A DNA stretch of 64,000 bases. It comes from Gimesia sp. (GTDB lineage: Bacteria; Planctomycetota; Planctomycetia; Planctomycetales; Planctomycetaceae). Where the stretch lies: NCBI RefSeq assembly GCF_002706765.1, contig NZ_PAJV01000050.1. One strand, 5' to 3'. The notes beneath the pieces are model-generated. The model was not told where the DNA came from. It was given only the letters and a program-made list of their open reading frames with translations, and searched no databases. Shown piece after piece: positions 1-10,529 of this stretch (positions are counted from its first letter, which is position 1; each line of letters starts with the position of its first letter). The position numbers were made by a program, and so were the translations under genes.

Positions 1-167
1 TTACCGAAAAGGCTGCCTGCCCGGCGATCCAGCGACAGTTTCGCGTGATGGCTGCCTTGCCCTCTTGGTGATTTCTCCCTGAAAGTACTATCGATTATGA
101 ACTTTAAGTGGTTATGTGCATACACTTTGTGTCCATAATCGTTGTTCATGTCTTGAAGGATAAAAAC

Positions 168-2471
168 ATGAACCTTCGCCAGAAGTTACACCAGTTTTTC
201 TGTGGATGCCTGATTACCAGCCAGCTTGTCGGCTGTCATGGTCTGGGTACCGATACCGATCTTCATTATCTCGGAGACAAAGAACTCCAGTACTATGAGG
301 ATGTCGCCACGAAAATCGAATATCCGGCGGTCTACGAACAGACACCCGAAGAAATCACATTTTCCGGGAAACCGCGAACACTGACCGACCGTTCGCAGGA
401 TGAAATCTGGGATTTACCCCTGATGGACGCGATTCATCTGGGTCTGGCAAACAGTGAAGTCATCCGGGTTTCCGGTACGCTGGGAACCAACGGCAATGGC
501 CTGTTAAATAATCCTGATGGTACGCCTACCATTTTCGATCCGTCTATCCAGGAAACCAACGTGCTGCTGGGTGGATCACGGGGTGTGGAAGCGGCACTGT
601 CTGCATTTGATACGACCTTTACCGCCAACATGCTCTGGGGCCGCTCCGAACAGGTACAGAACAGCCCGTTCTTTGGTGGCGTTCCCGGTGGTACGCTCAC
701 ACAGGAAACCGGTCAATTTCAGTCTGGCTTATCGAAAACATTTGCGAACGGCGGACAGTTTGCGCTGTCACATAACTGGAACTACACAGGCAGTAACGCC
801 ACCACTCAGCTGTTTCCCTCGATCTATTCCGGAAACGCGGGGCTGTCTTATCGCCAGCCGTTCCTCGCCGGTGCCGGCGTTGATTACACCCGAATTGCCG
901 GGCCCATTGGTTCCGGTTTCACCGGGATTACCGGGGTCAGCCAGGGGGTCGTGATCGCCCGCATCAATAATGACCTGGTGCTTGCAGATTTTGAGAAGAA
1001 TGTGCGAAACCTGGTTTCTGACATTGAAGAAAGCTACTGGCAACTCTATCTGGCATATCGTTTGTACGATACCCAGGTAGTCGCCCGGAACTCAGCCCTC
1101 CGCAGCTGGCGGGAAGCCCATGCTAAGCTGGAAGCCGGCGGTACCAGAAACTTCAAACCGGCTGATGAAGCACAGGCCAAAGACCGTCTGTTTGAAACCC
1201 AGTCACTGGTTCAGGCAACACGCAGCGATATCTACACCGCGGAAAGTCGTTTCCGTCGGCTCGTTGGTCTGCCGGTGAACGATGGAAAAATCATTCGACC
1301 GATCGATGATCCGATTGCCGCAGAATTTACTCCCGACTGGAGCATGAGTCTGACGGAAGCACTCGTCCATCGCGTTGAATTACGGAAACAGAAGTGGAAT
1401 ATCAAAAGCTTGGAATTTCAGAGAATGGCTGCCACCAGCCTGACAAAACCTCGTCTGGACTTCGTTTCCAGCTACCAGGTCAACGGATTTGGTGATCGTC
1501 TGCTGAGCCAGAAAAATACCGATGGCGTCACTTCCCAGGGTCTGCACAGTGCCTATGGAACCATGATGGATAATGATCAGGACAGCTGGACCCTTGGCTG
1601 GGAATTCAGTATGCCGCTCGGTTTCCGTTCCGCACATGCACAGGTGGAAAACCTCGAATTCCGTCTGTCGAAAGCCCGCGCTGTTCTCAAAGCGCAGGAA
1701 ATGGATGTCAGCCAGGAACTGGCCATCACCTTCCAGGACCTGACCAAAAACTATGCGACCGCCCAATCCAACTTCAACCGCTGGCGTGCCGCCCGCAGAC
1801 GTGTGGAATTGTTTGATGCGGAAGTTCAGGCAGGAACAACAACACTCGATACACTGTTACGTGCCCAGTCCTCACTGGCTGCTGCGGAAACGGAATACTA
1901 CCGCTCGCTGGTTGCTTACAACGTCGCAATCAAGAACCTCCACAAATGGAAGGGTACTTTGCTGCAGCATAACAACGTGCATCTCATGGAAGGTGAATGG
2001 TCGCCGGTTGCCTATCAGCAGGCCGTCCGACGTGCCTGGGCCAGAACGCACGGAATCGATGCTCACAAACTGCGAAGCAAACCGGAACCATTCGTGGCAG
2101 ACGGATACATCGGCGAAGTGGGTGTCATGCCCCCAGCCGAAGGCCAGTCATTCTCTTCCGAACAGGACGGGATGACACCTGAAATGCTGCCGGTTCCCGA
2201 ACCGGAAATGGATCCGGGATATGCTCCACCGGCACCGGCCGCATCCGGCCAGCCGGCTGCACGTCTCGAACTGGATCAGGAACCGGTTCATCGAAATCCG
2301 TTTGCTCAAACGGACATTGAGAACGCAGTCAGGGTCGCATTGGAATCAGAACCGCCACAGTCGCAGACCGGTATCAAACGCATTTCCGCAGTACAGGAAG
2401 AGTTGCCGATTGCCGATACTGAGGAAAACATTGATATGGAACTACTGCCGGCTACCCGTTTTATTGAGTGA
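168..2471 (+). CDS. TolC-family outer-membrane efflux protein, probable lipoprotein, planctomycete long form
   Basis: The ORF track starts at 108; the ATG at 168 follows GAAGGA and gives the signal peptide MNLRQK...LVG|C (lipobox). It has OEP-type helical repeats and an acidic Pro-rich C-terminal tail. Confidence 0.8.
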   Translation: MNLRQKLHQFFCGCLITSQLVGCHGLGTDTDLHYLGDKELQYYEDVATKIEYPAVYEQTPEEITFSGKPRTLTDRSQDEIWDLPLMDAIHLGLANSEVIRVSGTLGTNGNGLLNNPDGTPTIFDPSIQETNVLLGGSRGVEAALSAFDTTFTANMLWGRSEQVQNSPFFGGVPGGTLTQETGQFQSGLSKTFANGGQFALSHNWNYTGSNATTQLFPSIYSGNAGLSYRQPFLAGAGVDYTRIAGPIGSGFTGITGVSQGVVIARINNDLVLADFEKNVRNLVSDIEESYWQLYLAYRLYDTQVVARNSALRSWREAHAKLEAGGTRNFKPADEAQAKDRLFETQSLVQATRSDIYTAESRFRRLVGLPVNDGKIIRPIDDPIAAEFTPDWSMSLTEALVHRVELRKQKWNIKSLEFQRMAATSLTKPRLDFVSSYQVNGFGDRLLSQKNTDGVTSQGLHSAYGTMMDNDQDSWTLGWEFSMPLGFRSAHAQVENLEFRLSKARAVLKAQEMDVSQELAITFQDLTKNYATAQSNFNRWRAARRRVELFDAEVQAGTTTLDTLLRAQSSLAAAETEYYRSLVAYNVAIKNLHKWKGTLLQHNNVHLMEGEWSPVAYQQAVRRAWARTHGIDAHKLRSKPEPFVADGYIGEVGVMPPAEGQSFSSEQDGMTPEMLPVPEPEMDPGYAPPAPAASGQPAARLELDQEPVHRNPFAQTDIENAVRVALESEPPQSQTGIKRISAVQEELPIADTEENIDMELLPATRFIE

Positions 2472-2818
2472 ACCCCAGACAACGAATGTTCGCATTGTTC
2501 GGATCGTACAGCTTTCGCTGGCTGGGTATTCGACCCTTTGATTATTTGAATCGGCGTTTACCATTTTCAGTATGCAATGTCGTAAACACATGCTAGTTTT
2601 ACACATAACTTTGGTTTGATTCATAGCAGTCTTTTGTTTCATTCCAGGTTGACGAGTATCGATGTCCATCTCCATCGATTGTTACTTCCGGATATTGAAC
2701 TGCCGAATCGTTTACGAAATCTCTCTTTCGTATTGCGCTTCAGGCCGTCCAAGCTGAGTTTTCGGGATTGAACACCCGCCACTGACCAGGCCTGTGGAAA
2801 GCATACAAAAGATAATCA

Positions 2819-3808
2819 ATGGTGGCTGGACGAATTCATCGTCTTCTGAGACTGATTGCGCTATTACAGTCGGGACGTGTTTACAACTCTGCACAACTTG
2901 CCAGCGAATGTGAAGTCAGTCGCAGGACCGTCTTCCGTGACCTGAATACACTTCAGGAATCCGGGATCTACGTTCTGTATGATGACGAGAAACAGGGATA
3001 CTCGCTTCCCTGGAGGACCATCGTTCCGTTCAAAGACCTCACGTTCGAAGAAGTTCTGGCGCTGTTCGTACTCAGCCAGGACCTCGATAAAACCATCGTG
3101 GGTTTACCCCTGGATGGGATCGCCCGCTCCGCGTCCGCCAAAATTCTGAGCAGTCTCCCCGATGATCTGCGCGAGCATGTTATCGAAGCGGCCCGGTCTG
3201 TTTCGGTCTGGCTGACTCCCTGTAACCCGTCGATGCGGAACGAAATTCATTATAAAACGCTTCTCAAAGCAGTCACATCCAAACAAAACGTGCGTATTCA
3301 CTATGACTGCCCCAAAGAACAAAAGACGGTTTCAACCATGTTGAGCCCGTATCATATGCTGTATTCAAATCGCGAGTGGTTTGTCATAGGACGCTCCTCA
3401 GTCGATCGAGGCATCAAAGTTTTTCCGGTTCTGAAAATCAAGAAATCGGAACTGCTCGATGAAACCTTTAAAAAACCTTCCCGCTTTAAACTGGAACGCT
3501 ATCTCGGAAAATCCTGGGATCCTGTCCGGCACTCACCCAGGGCGGTATCTGTGAAAATTCGCTTTCAAAGCTACGTCGCGCAGACTGTCTCTCATATCAA
3601 CTGGGATCAGTCACAGGAAATTCGTACACTCAAAGGGGGTGATATCGAGTTCCGGGCACGCGTGGAAAATCTGGATCAGCTGACTGACTGGCTGTTGAGC
3701 TTCGGGAATCAGGCGGAAGTGATTTCCCCCCCTTCGTTACGCAAACTGGTCAAAACCCGCATCGCGGAAATGGCACAAATTTATACCAGCCCCGCGCGTC
3801 GAAACTGA
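2819..3808 (+). CDS. WYL-domain transcriptional regulator (YafY/PafC-like: HTH + WYL + WCX)
   Basis: N-terminal wHTH 'QLASECEVSRRTVFRDLNTL', central 'SPYHMLYSNREWFVIG' (WYL-type), C-terminal 'WLLSFGNQAEVISPPSLR'. Confidence 0.9.
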   Translation: MVAGRIHRLLRLIALLQSGRVYNSAQLASECEVSRRTVFRDLNTLQESGIYVLYDDEKQGYSLPWRTIVPFKDLTFEEVLALFVLSQDLDKTIVGLPLDGIARSASAKILSSLPDDLREHVIEAARSVSVWLTPCNPSMRNEIHYKTLLKAVTSKQNVRIHYDCPKEQKTVSTMLSPYHMLYSNREWFVIGRSSVDRGIKVFPVLKIKKSELLDETFKKPSRFKLERYLGKSWDPVRHSPRAVSVKIRFQSYVAQTVSHINWDQSQEIRTLKGGDIEFRARVENLDQLTDWLLSFGNQAEVISPPSLRKLVKTRIAEMAQIYTSPARRN

Positions 3809-4308
3809 TTCCTGAAATCGCTGTGAACTTCACTGGATTTCAACTGTCCTGTTTTTCAAAACCCCTGCAAACAGAACAGAATGATTTTATTGTGATCGCG
3901 CATGTATACTAATCCTGACTTCCCAACCGATAATTCTGTGAAACCTCTCAAAATCCCGCATCAAGCTACTGACCTGCCTCACCATTAGGTTTACTATTTC
4001 AGGGTAGAAAAACCGTACCCCAGAGCAGGAAATCTGCCATTTTCCGCTTGAACAGCGCCCCAGAAAGTGTGTCTGACCGCAGCCATCGCGTATGATGTCA
4101 CCAGCCACGCTGTTTGAATCCGGTGAAGCGAGATGCAACCCGTTTTGAGGATATCCCGTTCATCAGACCAGGGTCGCCACGGGTTTCAGAAATGAATTCG
4201 GGAATGGCACTGCTCTCAGTTATCAGCCCGTTTTACGGGTAGTAATAAAGTGGAGATTCTCTCCACAGTCAGCTAAATGATTGTATCGAAGTGAGGAAAG
4301 ACAAAATC

Positions 4309-4794
4309 ATGTCAGATGGAATTCAATTCGCGGCACGGACAACCGTCGAGCAGGTGGAAGAAGGAAATGAACTGGCCCCGAAATTTGATCAGGACGGTTT
4401 GATTCCTGTAGTCACGACCGATTATACATCGGGTGAACTGCTCATGCATGCTTATATGAATGAGGAAGCGCTTAAGAAAACGATCGAACTGGGCGAAGCC
4501 GTTTACTGGAGCCGCAGCCGCCAGGTACTCTGGCACAAGGGTGCCACCAGCGGCCTGGTACAAAAAGTCAAAGCACTGCTGATTGACGACGACCAGGATA
4601 CCATCTGGTTACGCGTTGATGTCATGGGTGGTGGTGCCAGCTGCCACGTCGGGTATCGTTCCTGTTTCTACCGTCGTGTGCCTGTCAGCGATGAAATCAA
4701 AGACAAAGGCCTCGCGCTGCAGTTCACCGAAACAGAAAAAGTATTCGACCCCAAAGAAGTCTATGGAGACGCTCCCAATCCCACAAAACTGTAA
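4309..4794 (+). CDS. hisI: Phosphoribosyl-AMP cyclohydrolase (stand-alone)
   Basis: Motifs 'GLIPVVTTD', '[17 protein letters not shown]', 'DDDQDT', '[10 protein letters not shown]'. ATG at 4309 follows GAGGAAAG. Confidence 0.95.
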   Translation: MSDGIQFAARTTVEQVEEGNELAPKFDQDGLIPVVTTDYTSGELLMHAYMNEEALKKTIELGEAVYWSRSRQVLWHKGATSGLVQKVKALLIDDDQDTIWLRVDVMGGGASCHVGYRSCFYRRVPVSDEIKDKGLALQFTETEKVFDPKEVYGDAPNPTKL

Positions 4795-4819
4795 ACCGTC
4801 CAACGAACACAGGTGACTT

Positions 4820-6223
4820 ATGAGCCAATTCAGTCGACGTGACTTTCTCGCAGCCTCCCTGGCAGCGACCGGTACTGCGTTTTCCCTGGAAGAGTGGGCC
4901 TGCGCCAATCAGGCAGAGACCACCCGCAATCCAAATCTGCATATCGCCGCTTTCCGGTTTGACGTGTCTCCTCCCAAAGGGCATTCCCTCTGCGGAGGCT
5001 GGATCAAACCGGTCGTGGGGTATGACGATTCACTGGAAGCCATTGGCTACGTCCTGCTGGGTGCCGGCAAGCCGATTGTGGTCTGCGCCGTCGACTGGAC
5101 AGGCCTGTTGAACGACGCGCATATCGCCTGGCGAACTGCCCTGGCCGAAGCGGCCGGCACAACCATTGATCGGGTCGCCGTACAGTGTGTGCATCAGCAT
5201 AATGCTCCTTTCGCCTGCCTGAATGCCGAGCAGATCATCCTCGAACAAGGCGACCTGCCCCACATCGTCGAGCTCGATTTCTTCAACGAATGTCTCGATA
5301 AAGCCCGTAAGGCAGTCACCGCGGCGATCCCCAAAGCAGAGCCCGTAACGCATGTCGCACACAGCCAGGGGAAAGTCGACAAGGTCGCCTCCAACCGCCG
5401 GATTGACCGCGACAAAAATGGCAAGATCGTCCGCATGCGCGGCAGCAGCTGTAAAGATGAAAGTCTGCGGAGCATGACCGAAGGAACCATCGACCCGTTC
5501 CTGAAAACGATTGCCTTTTACAACAAAGATAAAAAACTGGTCTCCTGCCATTACTACTCGACACATCCCATGAGCTATTACGGCGACGGACGCGTCAGCA
5601 GCGACTTTACCGGCATCGCCCGCAAGCAGCGTCAGCAGGAAGAACCGGGCTGCACGCACATTTATTTCACAGGGTGTGCCGGGAATGTTTCAGCCGGTAA
5701 ATACAACGACGGCACCAAGCCCATGCGGGAGATTCTGGCGAAGCGAATTTATGATGGTATCATCACTTCCGAAAAAGGGCTCAAACCCGAACCGGTCGGG
5801 CAGCTGACCTGGAAAACTCATGATATTTTACCTCCCGTGAGAAGTACTTTTAGCGTAGAAGAACTGACGAAGACGATTTCCAACAAAGACAACAGCGTCG
5901 TCAACCGGAATCGGCCTTCCTTCATGCTGGCCTGGTTACAGCGGGTCGAAAAGAAAATCCCGATTACGCTCAGTTCACTGCAGATGAACGACATCAAAAC
6001 GCTGCACTTGCCGGCGGAAAGCTTTATCCAATATCAGCTTCGTGCCCAGAGCATTCAGCCCGATCAGTTCATCGCGACAGCCGCCTATGGAGATGGCGGC
6101 CCCTGGTATATTCCGGTAGCAGAAGAATATCCCGCAGGTGGTTACGAAGTCAGTGTCGCCTTTTGTGATCCCGGTATCGACGCCGTGATGACGCAGGGTA
6201 TGAAATCTCTGCTGGACAGTTAA
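4820..6223 (+). CDS. Tat-exported hypothetical metallohydrolase (neutral-ceramidase-like planctomycete family)
   Basis: Twin-arginine signal 'SRRDFL'; motifs 'VHQHNAP', 'THPMSYYGDG', 'GCAGN', 'HLPAE'. Confidence 0.6.
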   Translation: MSQFSRRDFLAASLAATGTAFSLEEWACANQAETTRNPNLHIAAFRFDVSPPKGHSLCGGWIKPVVGYDDSLEAIGYVLLGAGKPIVVCAVDWTGLLNDAHIAWRTALAEAAGTTIDRVAVQCVHQHNAPFACLNAEQIILEQGDLPHIVELDFFNECLDKARKAVTAAIPKAEPVTHVAHSQGKVDKVASNRRIDRDKNGKIVRMRGSSCKDESLRSMTEGTIDPFLKTIAFYNKDKKLVSCHYYSTHPMSYYGDGRVSSDFTGIARKQRQQEEPGCTHIYFTGCAGNVSAGKYNDGTKPMREILAKRIYDGIITSEKGLKPEPVGQLTWKTHDILPPVRSTFSVEELTKTISNKDNSVVNRNRPSFMLAWLQRVEKKIPITLSSLQMNDIKTLHLPAESFIQYQLRAQSIQPDQFIATAAYGDGGPWYIPVAEEYPAGGYEVSVAFCDPGIDAVMTQGMKSLLDS

Positions 6224-6278
6224 TAATATCAATCAACGTATTTACGAATCACGTTTATTACGAGGTCGAAATAATATT

Positions 6279-6779
6279 ATGGGTATGACAATCATGCGGC
6301 GGATCAAGTTTAATGCGGGTCACCGCTTATTCCGCCATGAAGGGAAATGCCAGTTTTTTCATGGTCACAATTACGTGGCCGACTTTTACGTCACCGGTCC
6401 CGATACGGACGCGGTCGGGCGGATCATCGACTTTGCGCACCTCAAAAGTCTGCTTAAAGGCTGGATCGATGAAAACTGGGACCACGGCTTCCTGCTCAAC
6501 ATCGAAGATGAGAACGGCTTAAACGCGATTCGCATGGTCGAGCCCACTAAGTACTTCGTTCTGCCTTACAATCCCACGGCGGAAAATATGGCCCGCTACC
6601 TGCTGGATGAAGTCTGCCCGAGCCTGCTGAATGATCTGGGAGTCCAGGCTGTAAAAGTCGTCATCTGGGAAACCGAAGAATCGTGTGCCGAAGCGACCAT
6701 CGAGCAGAAAGACAAGTCCGAACACAGCCTGCTGGATGCGTTTCAGACCGATTCCTTTCCGACGGGCCTGCACTGGTAA
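6279..6779 (+). CDS. queD: 6-carboxytetrahydropterin synthase (PTPS/QueD family)
   Basis: Motifs 'AGHRL', 'CQFFHGHNY', 'IIDF', 'DHGFLN', 'PTAENMA', 'WETE'. Confidence 0.9.
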   Translation: MGMTIMRRIKFNAGHRLFRHEGKCQFFHGHNYVADFYVTGPDTDAVGRIIDFAHLKSLLKGWIDENWDHGFLLNIEDENGLNAIRMVEPTKYFVLPYNPTAENMARYLLDEVCPSLLNDLGVQAVKVVIWETEESCAEATIEQKDKSEHSLLDAFQTDSFPTGLHW

Positions 6780-6814
6780 GCGCTGCTGATTCAATTCCAC
6801 GATTTCAAGCAAAC

Positions 6815-6852
6815 AAAAAAAGCTCTGGACTGATCTGGTCCAGAGCTTTTTT
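6815..6852. terminator. Bidirectional intrinsic terminator between convergent queD and rpsR
   Basis: AAAAAAAGCTCTGGAC-tgatctg-GTCCAGAGCTTTTTT: perfect stem with an A tract before and a T tract after. Confidence 0.9.
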
Positions 6853-6876
6853 AATTTATCATATCTGCTTCGCAGC

Positions 6877-7158
6877 TTAGTCTTCTGCCACGTAAGGCAG
6901 CAGACCGATGAAGCGGGCTCGCAGCACGGCTTTACGCACAGCACGCTGATACAGGGCTGAGGTGCCGGTGCGACGACGAGGCAGAATACGTCCTTCACGA
7001 TCCAGGAGAGAACGCAGGGTTCTCAGATCCTTGTAATCGACATAGACGGGACGTGGGATGTTACCATCCGGGCAGAACCGGCATTTGAGCTTCTTTTTCA
7101 GACGAGCTCGTTTTTTCCGCCGCTTGACAATCTCTTTACGTGATAAACCGACTGACAT
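6877..7158 (-). CDS. rpsR: 30S ribosomal protein S18
   Basis: '[26 protein letters not shown]...[19 protein letters not shown]'. The ATG at 7158 follows AAGGAAA; the ORF track extends to 7224. Confidence 0.95.
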   Translation of the reverse strand: MSVGLSRKEIVKRRKKRARLKKKLKCRFCPDGNIPRPVYVDYKDLRTLRSLLDREGRILPRRRTGTSALYQRAVRKAVLRARFIGLLPYVAED

Positions 7159-7277
7159 TCTGTTTTCCTTTTTCATGCGCCGTAAACTGGGGACACCCGA
7201 AAGCCGGGGCGACGCTGATTTCATGTTGCTGGCTGGAATCGAAGATCACACTCTTCGATCTCGTGGGAACGATCAGC

Positions 7278-7547
7278 TTACCAGCTTGATTTTTTCATAC
7301 CGGGGATCAGGCCATCTAAAGCCATATCCCGCAGAGCGATACGCGAAATCTGGAACTTGCGATAGTTACCGCGGGGACGTCCGGTCAGCTGACACAGACG
7401 ACGGAGACGGGTTTTGCTGGAACTACGGGGCAGTTTAGCAAGCCCTTCGTAATCACCTTTAGCAACCAGTTCAGCCCGTACAGCGGCGTACTTTTCAACC
7501 AGCTTTGCGTTTCGTTTCTGTTTTTCAATCTTCGATTTGGAAGCCAT
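7278..7547 (-). CDS. rpsN: 30S ribosomal protein S14, long (89 aa) non-zinc-ribbon form
   Basis: '[43 protein letters not shown]'; only one Cys. Confidence 0.95.
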   Translation of the reverse strand: MASKSKIEKQKRNAKLVEKYAAVRAELVAKGDYEGLAKLPRSSSKTRLRRLCQLTGRPRGNYRKFQISRIALRDMALDGLIPGMKKSSW

Positions 7548-7588
7548 TTATATACCTTCTGCGACAAATTCCAAAATAGGGAACGACA

Positions 7589-7618
7589 GTTATACTGCCT
7601 GCCCCGCCAGATCGTCAA
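7589..7618 (-). promoter_or_regulatory. Putative sigma70 promoter of rpsN-rpsR
   Basis: Minus strand TTGACG (7618-7613) - 18 nt - TATAAC (7594-7589). Confidence 0.5.
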
Positions 7619-7711
7619 CTTGGCGGGCTGTTTTCAAAGCAAAATCAACTAAAAAAACACAAACTTCAACGCGAAGCCCCACAGCCGGCCAGCGAAAAGT
7701 GTACATGCGCG

Positions 7712-8518
7712 CTATTTTTTCTCTTTGGGGGGCTGTGGTCGAAAATATTTCATGGACTCCACCACCACCGTGCGGCGGGTCGCGATGCGTACCAGCAGCG
7801 ACAGAAAATAGTTTCCCCACCCCGAAACGGTATACTGCCGCTTCTTCTCCAGCGCCTTCAAACCGGTTTTGACGACCTGGTCCACGGTCTGATAACGGTG
7901 TTTCTTCAACCAGCCTTCCACGCCGGCAACATCGAAAAATTCGGTCTGCGTGGTTCCCGGACACAAAGCCGTCACAGTCACTCCCTGATCCCGGGCCTCC
8001 GCCCACAGGCCTTCTGTGAAGTGCAGCACATAGCTTTTACTGGCAGCATACGCCGACATATACGCAACCGGCTGAAACGCAGCCACAGAGGCAATGTTGA
8101 TAATCCCTCCATGTCGCCGCTTCATCATCTCGGGCAGATAAAAATAAGTCAGGTCTGTCAGAGCACCGATATTCAACCTGACCATCTCCATCACCCGCTC
8201 GCGATCAGTCGACGCGATATCGGAAACGACACTGAAGCCCGCGTTATTGATCAGCAGTTCCACCTGCACGCCCCGCGATTTGACTTCCTCATACAGTCGG
8301 GCAGGGGCTGCCTGTTCGGACAGATCCAGCACCACCACTTCCGTTTTTGTGCCATGACGGGTCAACAGCTCTGCTGCCAGTTCTTCCAGCTTCTCTTTGC
8401 GGCGGGCAGTCAACACCAGATGCATCCCCCGGGCAGCCAGCCGGTGTGCAAACTCCAGGCCGATTCCGGATGAAGCACCCGTAATCAGAGCCCATCGATC
8501 AGAATATTCATCTATCAC
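7712..8518 (-). CDS. Short-chain dehydrogenase/reductase
   Basis: 'TGASSGIG', 'LINNAG', catalytic 'YAASK'. Confidence 0.95.
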   Translation of the reverse strand: MIDEYSDRWALITGASSGIGLEFAHRLAARGMHLVLTARRKEKLEELAAELLTRHGTKTEVVVLDLSEQAAPARLYEEVKSRGVQVELLINNAGFSVVSDIASTDRERVMEMVRLNIGALTDLTYFYLPEMMKRRHGGIINIASVAAFQPVAYMSAYAASKSYVLHFTEGLWAEARDQGVTVTALCPGTTQTEFFDVAGVEGWLKKHRYQTVDQVVKTGLKALEKKRQYTVSGWGNYFLSLLVRIATRRTVVVESMKYFRPQPPKEKK

Positions 8519-8728
8519 TGCTGACTCTCCAGAAGTATCCTGTTTGGAGACTGAGATTTTCCATTTCGAAAAGAGGTCGGGAAGAAATGCTGCCCGCGTC
8601 CCCGGAGATCGTAATTCAATTTCCCTCTGTTGAAAACCCCGTAACCACTGATAATAAACTTACTTTGATCGATTTTTCACCCTTTTTAATTTGAGTTTCC
8701 ACTCCAGAATCAGAATTCGAGGAGAAAA

Positions 8729-9427
8729 ATGACCCCCGCAAACAGACTCAGCCGCGACGAAGTACGCAGTGTTGACCAACGCACCATCGAGGAATTCGGA
8801 CTGCCCGGCATCGCCTTGATGGAGAACGCAGGACGAGGTGTGTTCGAACTGCTCATTTCACTCAAAGCAACAGGGCCTGTAAAAATCTGTGTCGGCAAAG
8901 GCAATAACGGCGGCGACGGCTTTGTCATCGCCCGGCATCTGGATAATGCCGGGATCCCCGTGGAAATCTACCTGCTGGCGGATCCCTCAGAACTCAAAGG
9001 GGATGCCGCCACCAATTTTCACGTCGCCCGGCGCATGCAGATTGCCATGCACGTCGATCCCGGTCTGAAGCAGCCGCAGGCGTTCTGCGATTTCCTGAAC
9101 TCGGCCGACTGGATTGTCGACGCTCTGCTGGGAACAGGCGTGCAAGGCACCATTCGCGAGCCGTTTTCAACCGCGATTTCCTGCATCAATCAGGCACCGG
9201 GTTTTAAGCTGGCAGTGGACTTACCTTCGGGACTCGACTGCGATACCGGACAGCCACTCGGCGAATGCATTCACGCACATCAGACCGCGACCTTTGTCGC
9301 CGAAAAACAGGGTTTCGCCAATCCCGACTCCCGTCAGTACACGGGCACCATCCATGTTCTGCAGATCGGTGCTCCTCAGCAGATTCTGAGGGATCTGCTG
9401 CAAAAACAAGATTCCAGGGACATTTGA
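8729..9427 (+). CDS. nnrE: NAD(P)H-hydrate epimerase (YjeF N-terminal domain, stand-alone)
   Basis: 'LMENAG', 'GKGNNGGDGFVIARHL', 'VDALLGTG', 'AVDLPSG'. Confidence 0.92.
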   Translation: MTPANRLSRDEVRSVDQRTIEEFGLPGIALMENAGRGVFELLISLKATGPVKICVGKGNNGGDGFVIARHLDNAGIPVEIYLLADPSELKGDAATNFHVARRMQIAMHVDPGLKQPQAFCDFLNSADWIVDALLGTGVQGTIREPFSTAISCINQAPGFKLAVDLPSGLDCDTGQPLGECIHAHQTATFVAEKQGFANPDSRQYTGTIHVLQIGAPQQILRDLLQKQDSRDI

Positions 9428-9711
9428 TCCGTTTTACACTCTGCTGGATATCACGCAAACTCAAAAAATGGCCCGTTTCAGTAAAACGGGGGTTCTCAAA
9501 ACCGCTTCTCACGCTGTATATTAGACGGTGTCCAGTTTTACTGGAGCGTCTTCAAGGTCACCTGGACCGAGCATCATAAATTGAAAGACGCTCTGGTGAA
9601 ATGTGACGCGCTTTAGCTGGCAGACGCTGAATGCGATTTGCAGGATCTGCAGCCACTGATGGCTTTCTCATGTCATTCCCTGTGAACTGAAACAGGGTTA
9701 GGTTCGTCTCC

Positions 9712-10467
9712 ATGGACAAAAATTTCTGGTACCTGAAAAACTGCGATCTCTTTGAACGCTTAAGCCAGGATCAGATTGCGCATGTCGAACGCAACTCCTC
9801 CGTGCGAAATTTCGCACGCGGAAATATGGTTTATCTCCCCACCGAAAGCAGCGATTCGGTTTACCTGCTGCTCTCCGGAAGAATTAAACTCTATCACCTG
9901 ACCAGCGAAGGAAAACAGGCGCTGCTGGCATTAATCGAACCGGGTGAGCTCTTCGGAGAGCTGGCCATTCTGGGTGGTGGCGAACGCGAAGAATATGCCG
10001 AAGCCATGCTCAAAGCCTCGATTCTCCGCATTCCCGGCCAGATCATTCAGGACCTCATGGAACATCACGCCACCGTTTCCCTGGGTGTGACCAAGCTGAT
10101 GGGATTACGACGCCAGCGGATCGAACAGCGGCTCAAATCACTGCTGTTTCGCTCCAACCGGGACCGCCTGACTCATTTACTGCTCGAACTGGCAGAAAAA
10201 TATGGGCGCTTCACAAATGAAGGCGTTCTGATCAACATTAAACTCTCGCACCAGGAACTGGCCAGTATCATCGGCAGCACGCGGGAAACCGTGACCGTGC
10301 TGCTGGGCGAACTTCAGGATGAACGCAGCATCGATATCCAGAAGCGACACATTATCTTAAGGAAAGCCAGGTACCTCGCACATTCGATTGATTTTAAACT
10401 GACACCCGCCTTCCAGTCGAAACCAGATCAATCGGGCGAATTCATTCTGAGAGGAGCGGAAGCCTGA
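9712..10467 (+). CDS. Crp/Fnr-family transcriptional regulator
   Basis: cNMP domain 'SGRIKL...PGELFGE' and HTH 'LSHQELASIIGSTRETVT'. Confidence 0.93.
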   Translation: MDKNFWYLKNCDLFERLSQDQIAHVERNSSVRNFARGNMVYLPTESSDSVYLLLSGRIKLYHLTSEGKQALLALIEPGELFGELAILGGGEREEYAEAMLKASILRIPGQIIQDLMEHHATVSLGVTKLMGLRRQRIEQRLKSLLFRSNRDRLTHLLLELAEKYGRFTNEGVLINIKLSHQELASIIGSTRETVTVLLGELQDERSIDIQKRHIILRKARYLAHSIDFKLTPAFQSKPDQSGEFILRGAEA

Positions 10468-10513
10468 CTGAAACCCCGCCCTTAACACCATGTGAGTTCA
10501 AATGCAGGGAAAC

Positions 10514-10529
10514 TGTATGCTATCTCACA
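10514..10529 (+). promoter_or_regulatory. Putative Crp-type binding site
   Basis: TGTAT-gctatc-TCACA (8/10 match to TGTGA-N6-TCACA), upstream of overlapping -10-like hexamers TACGAT/GATAAT (10548-10556). Confidence 0.4.

Noticed and set aside
3851-3868. IS terminal inverted repeat (GTTTTTCAAAACCCCTG)
   Set aside because: It is a single short resemblance with no partner end or transposase nearby.
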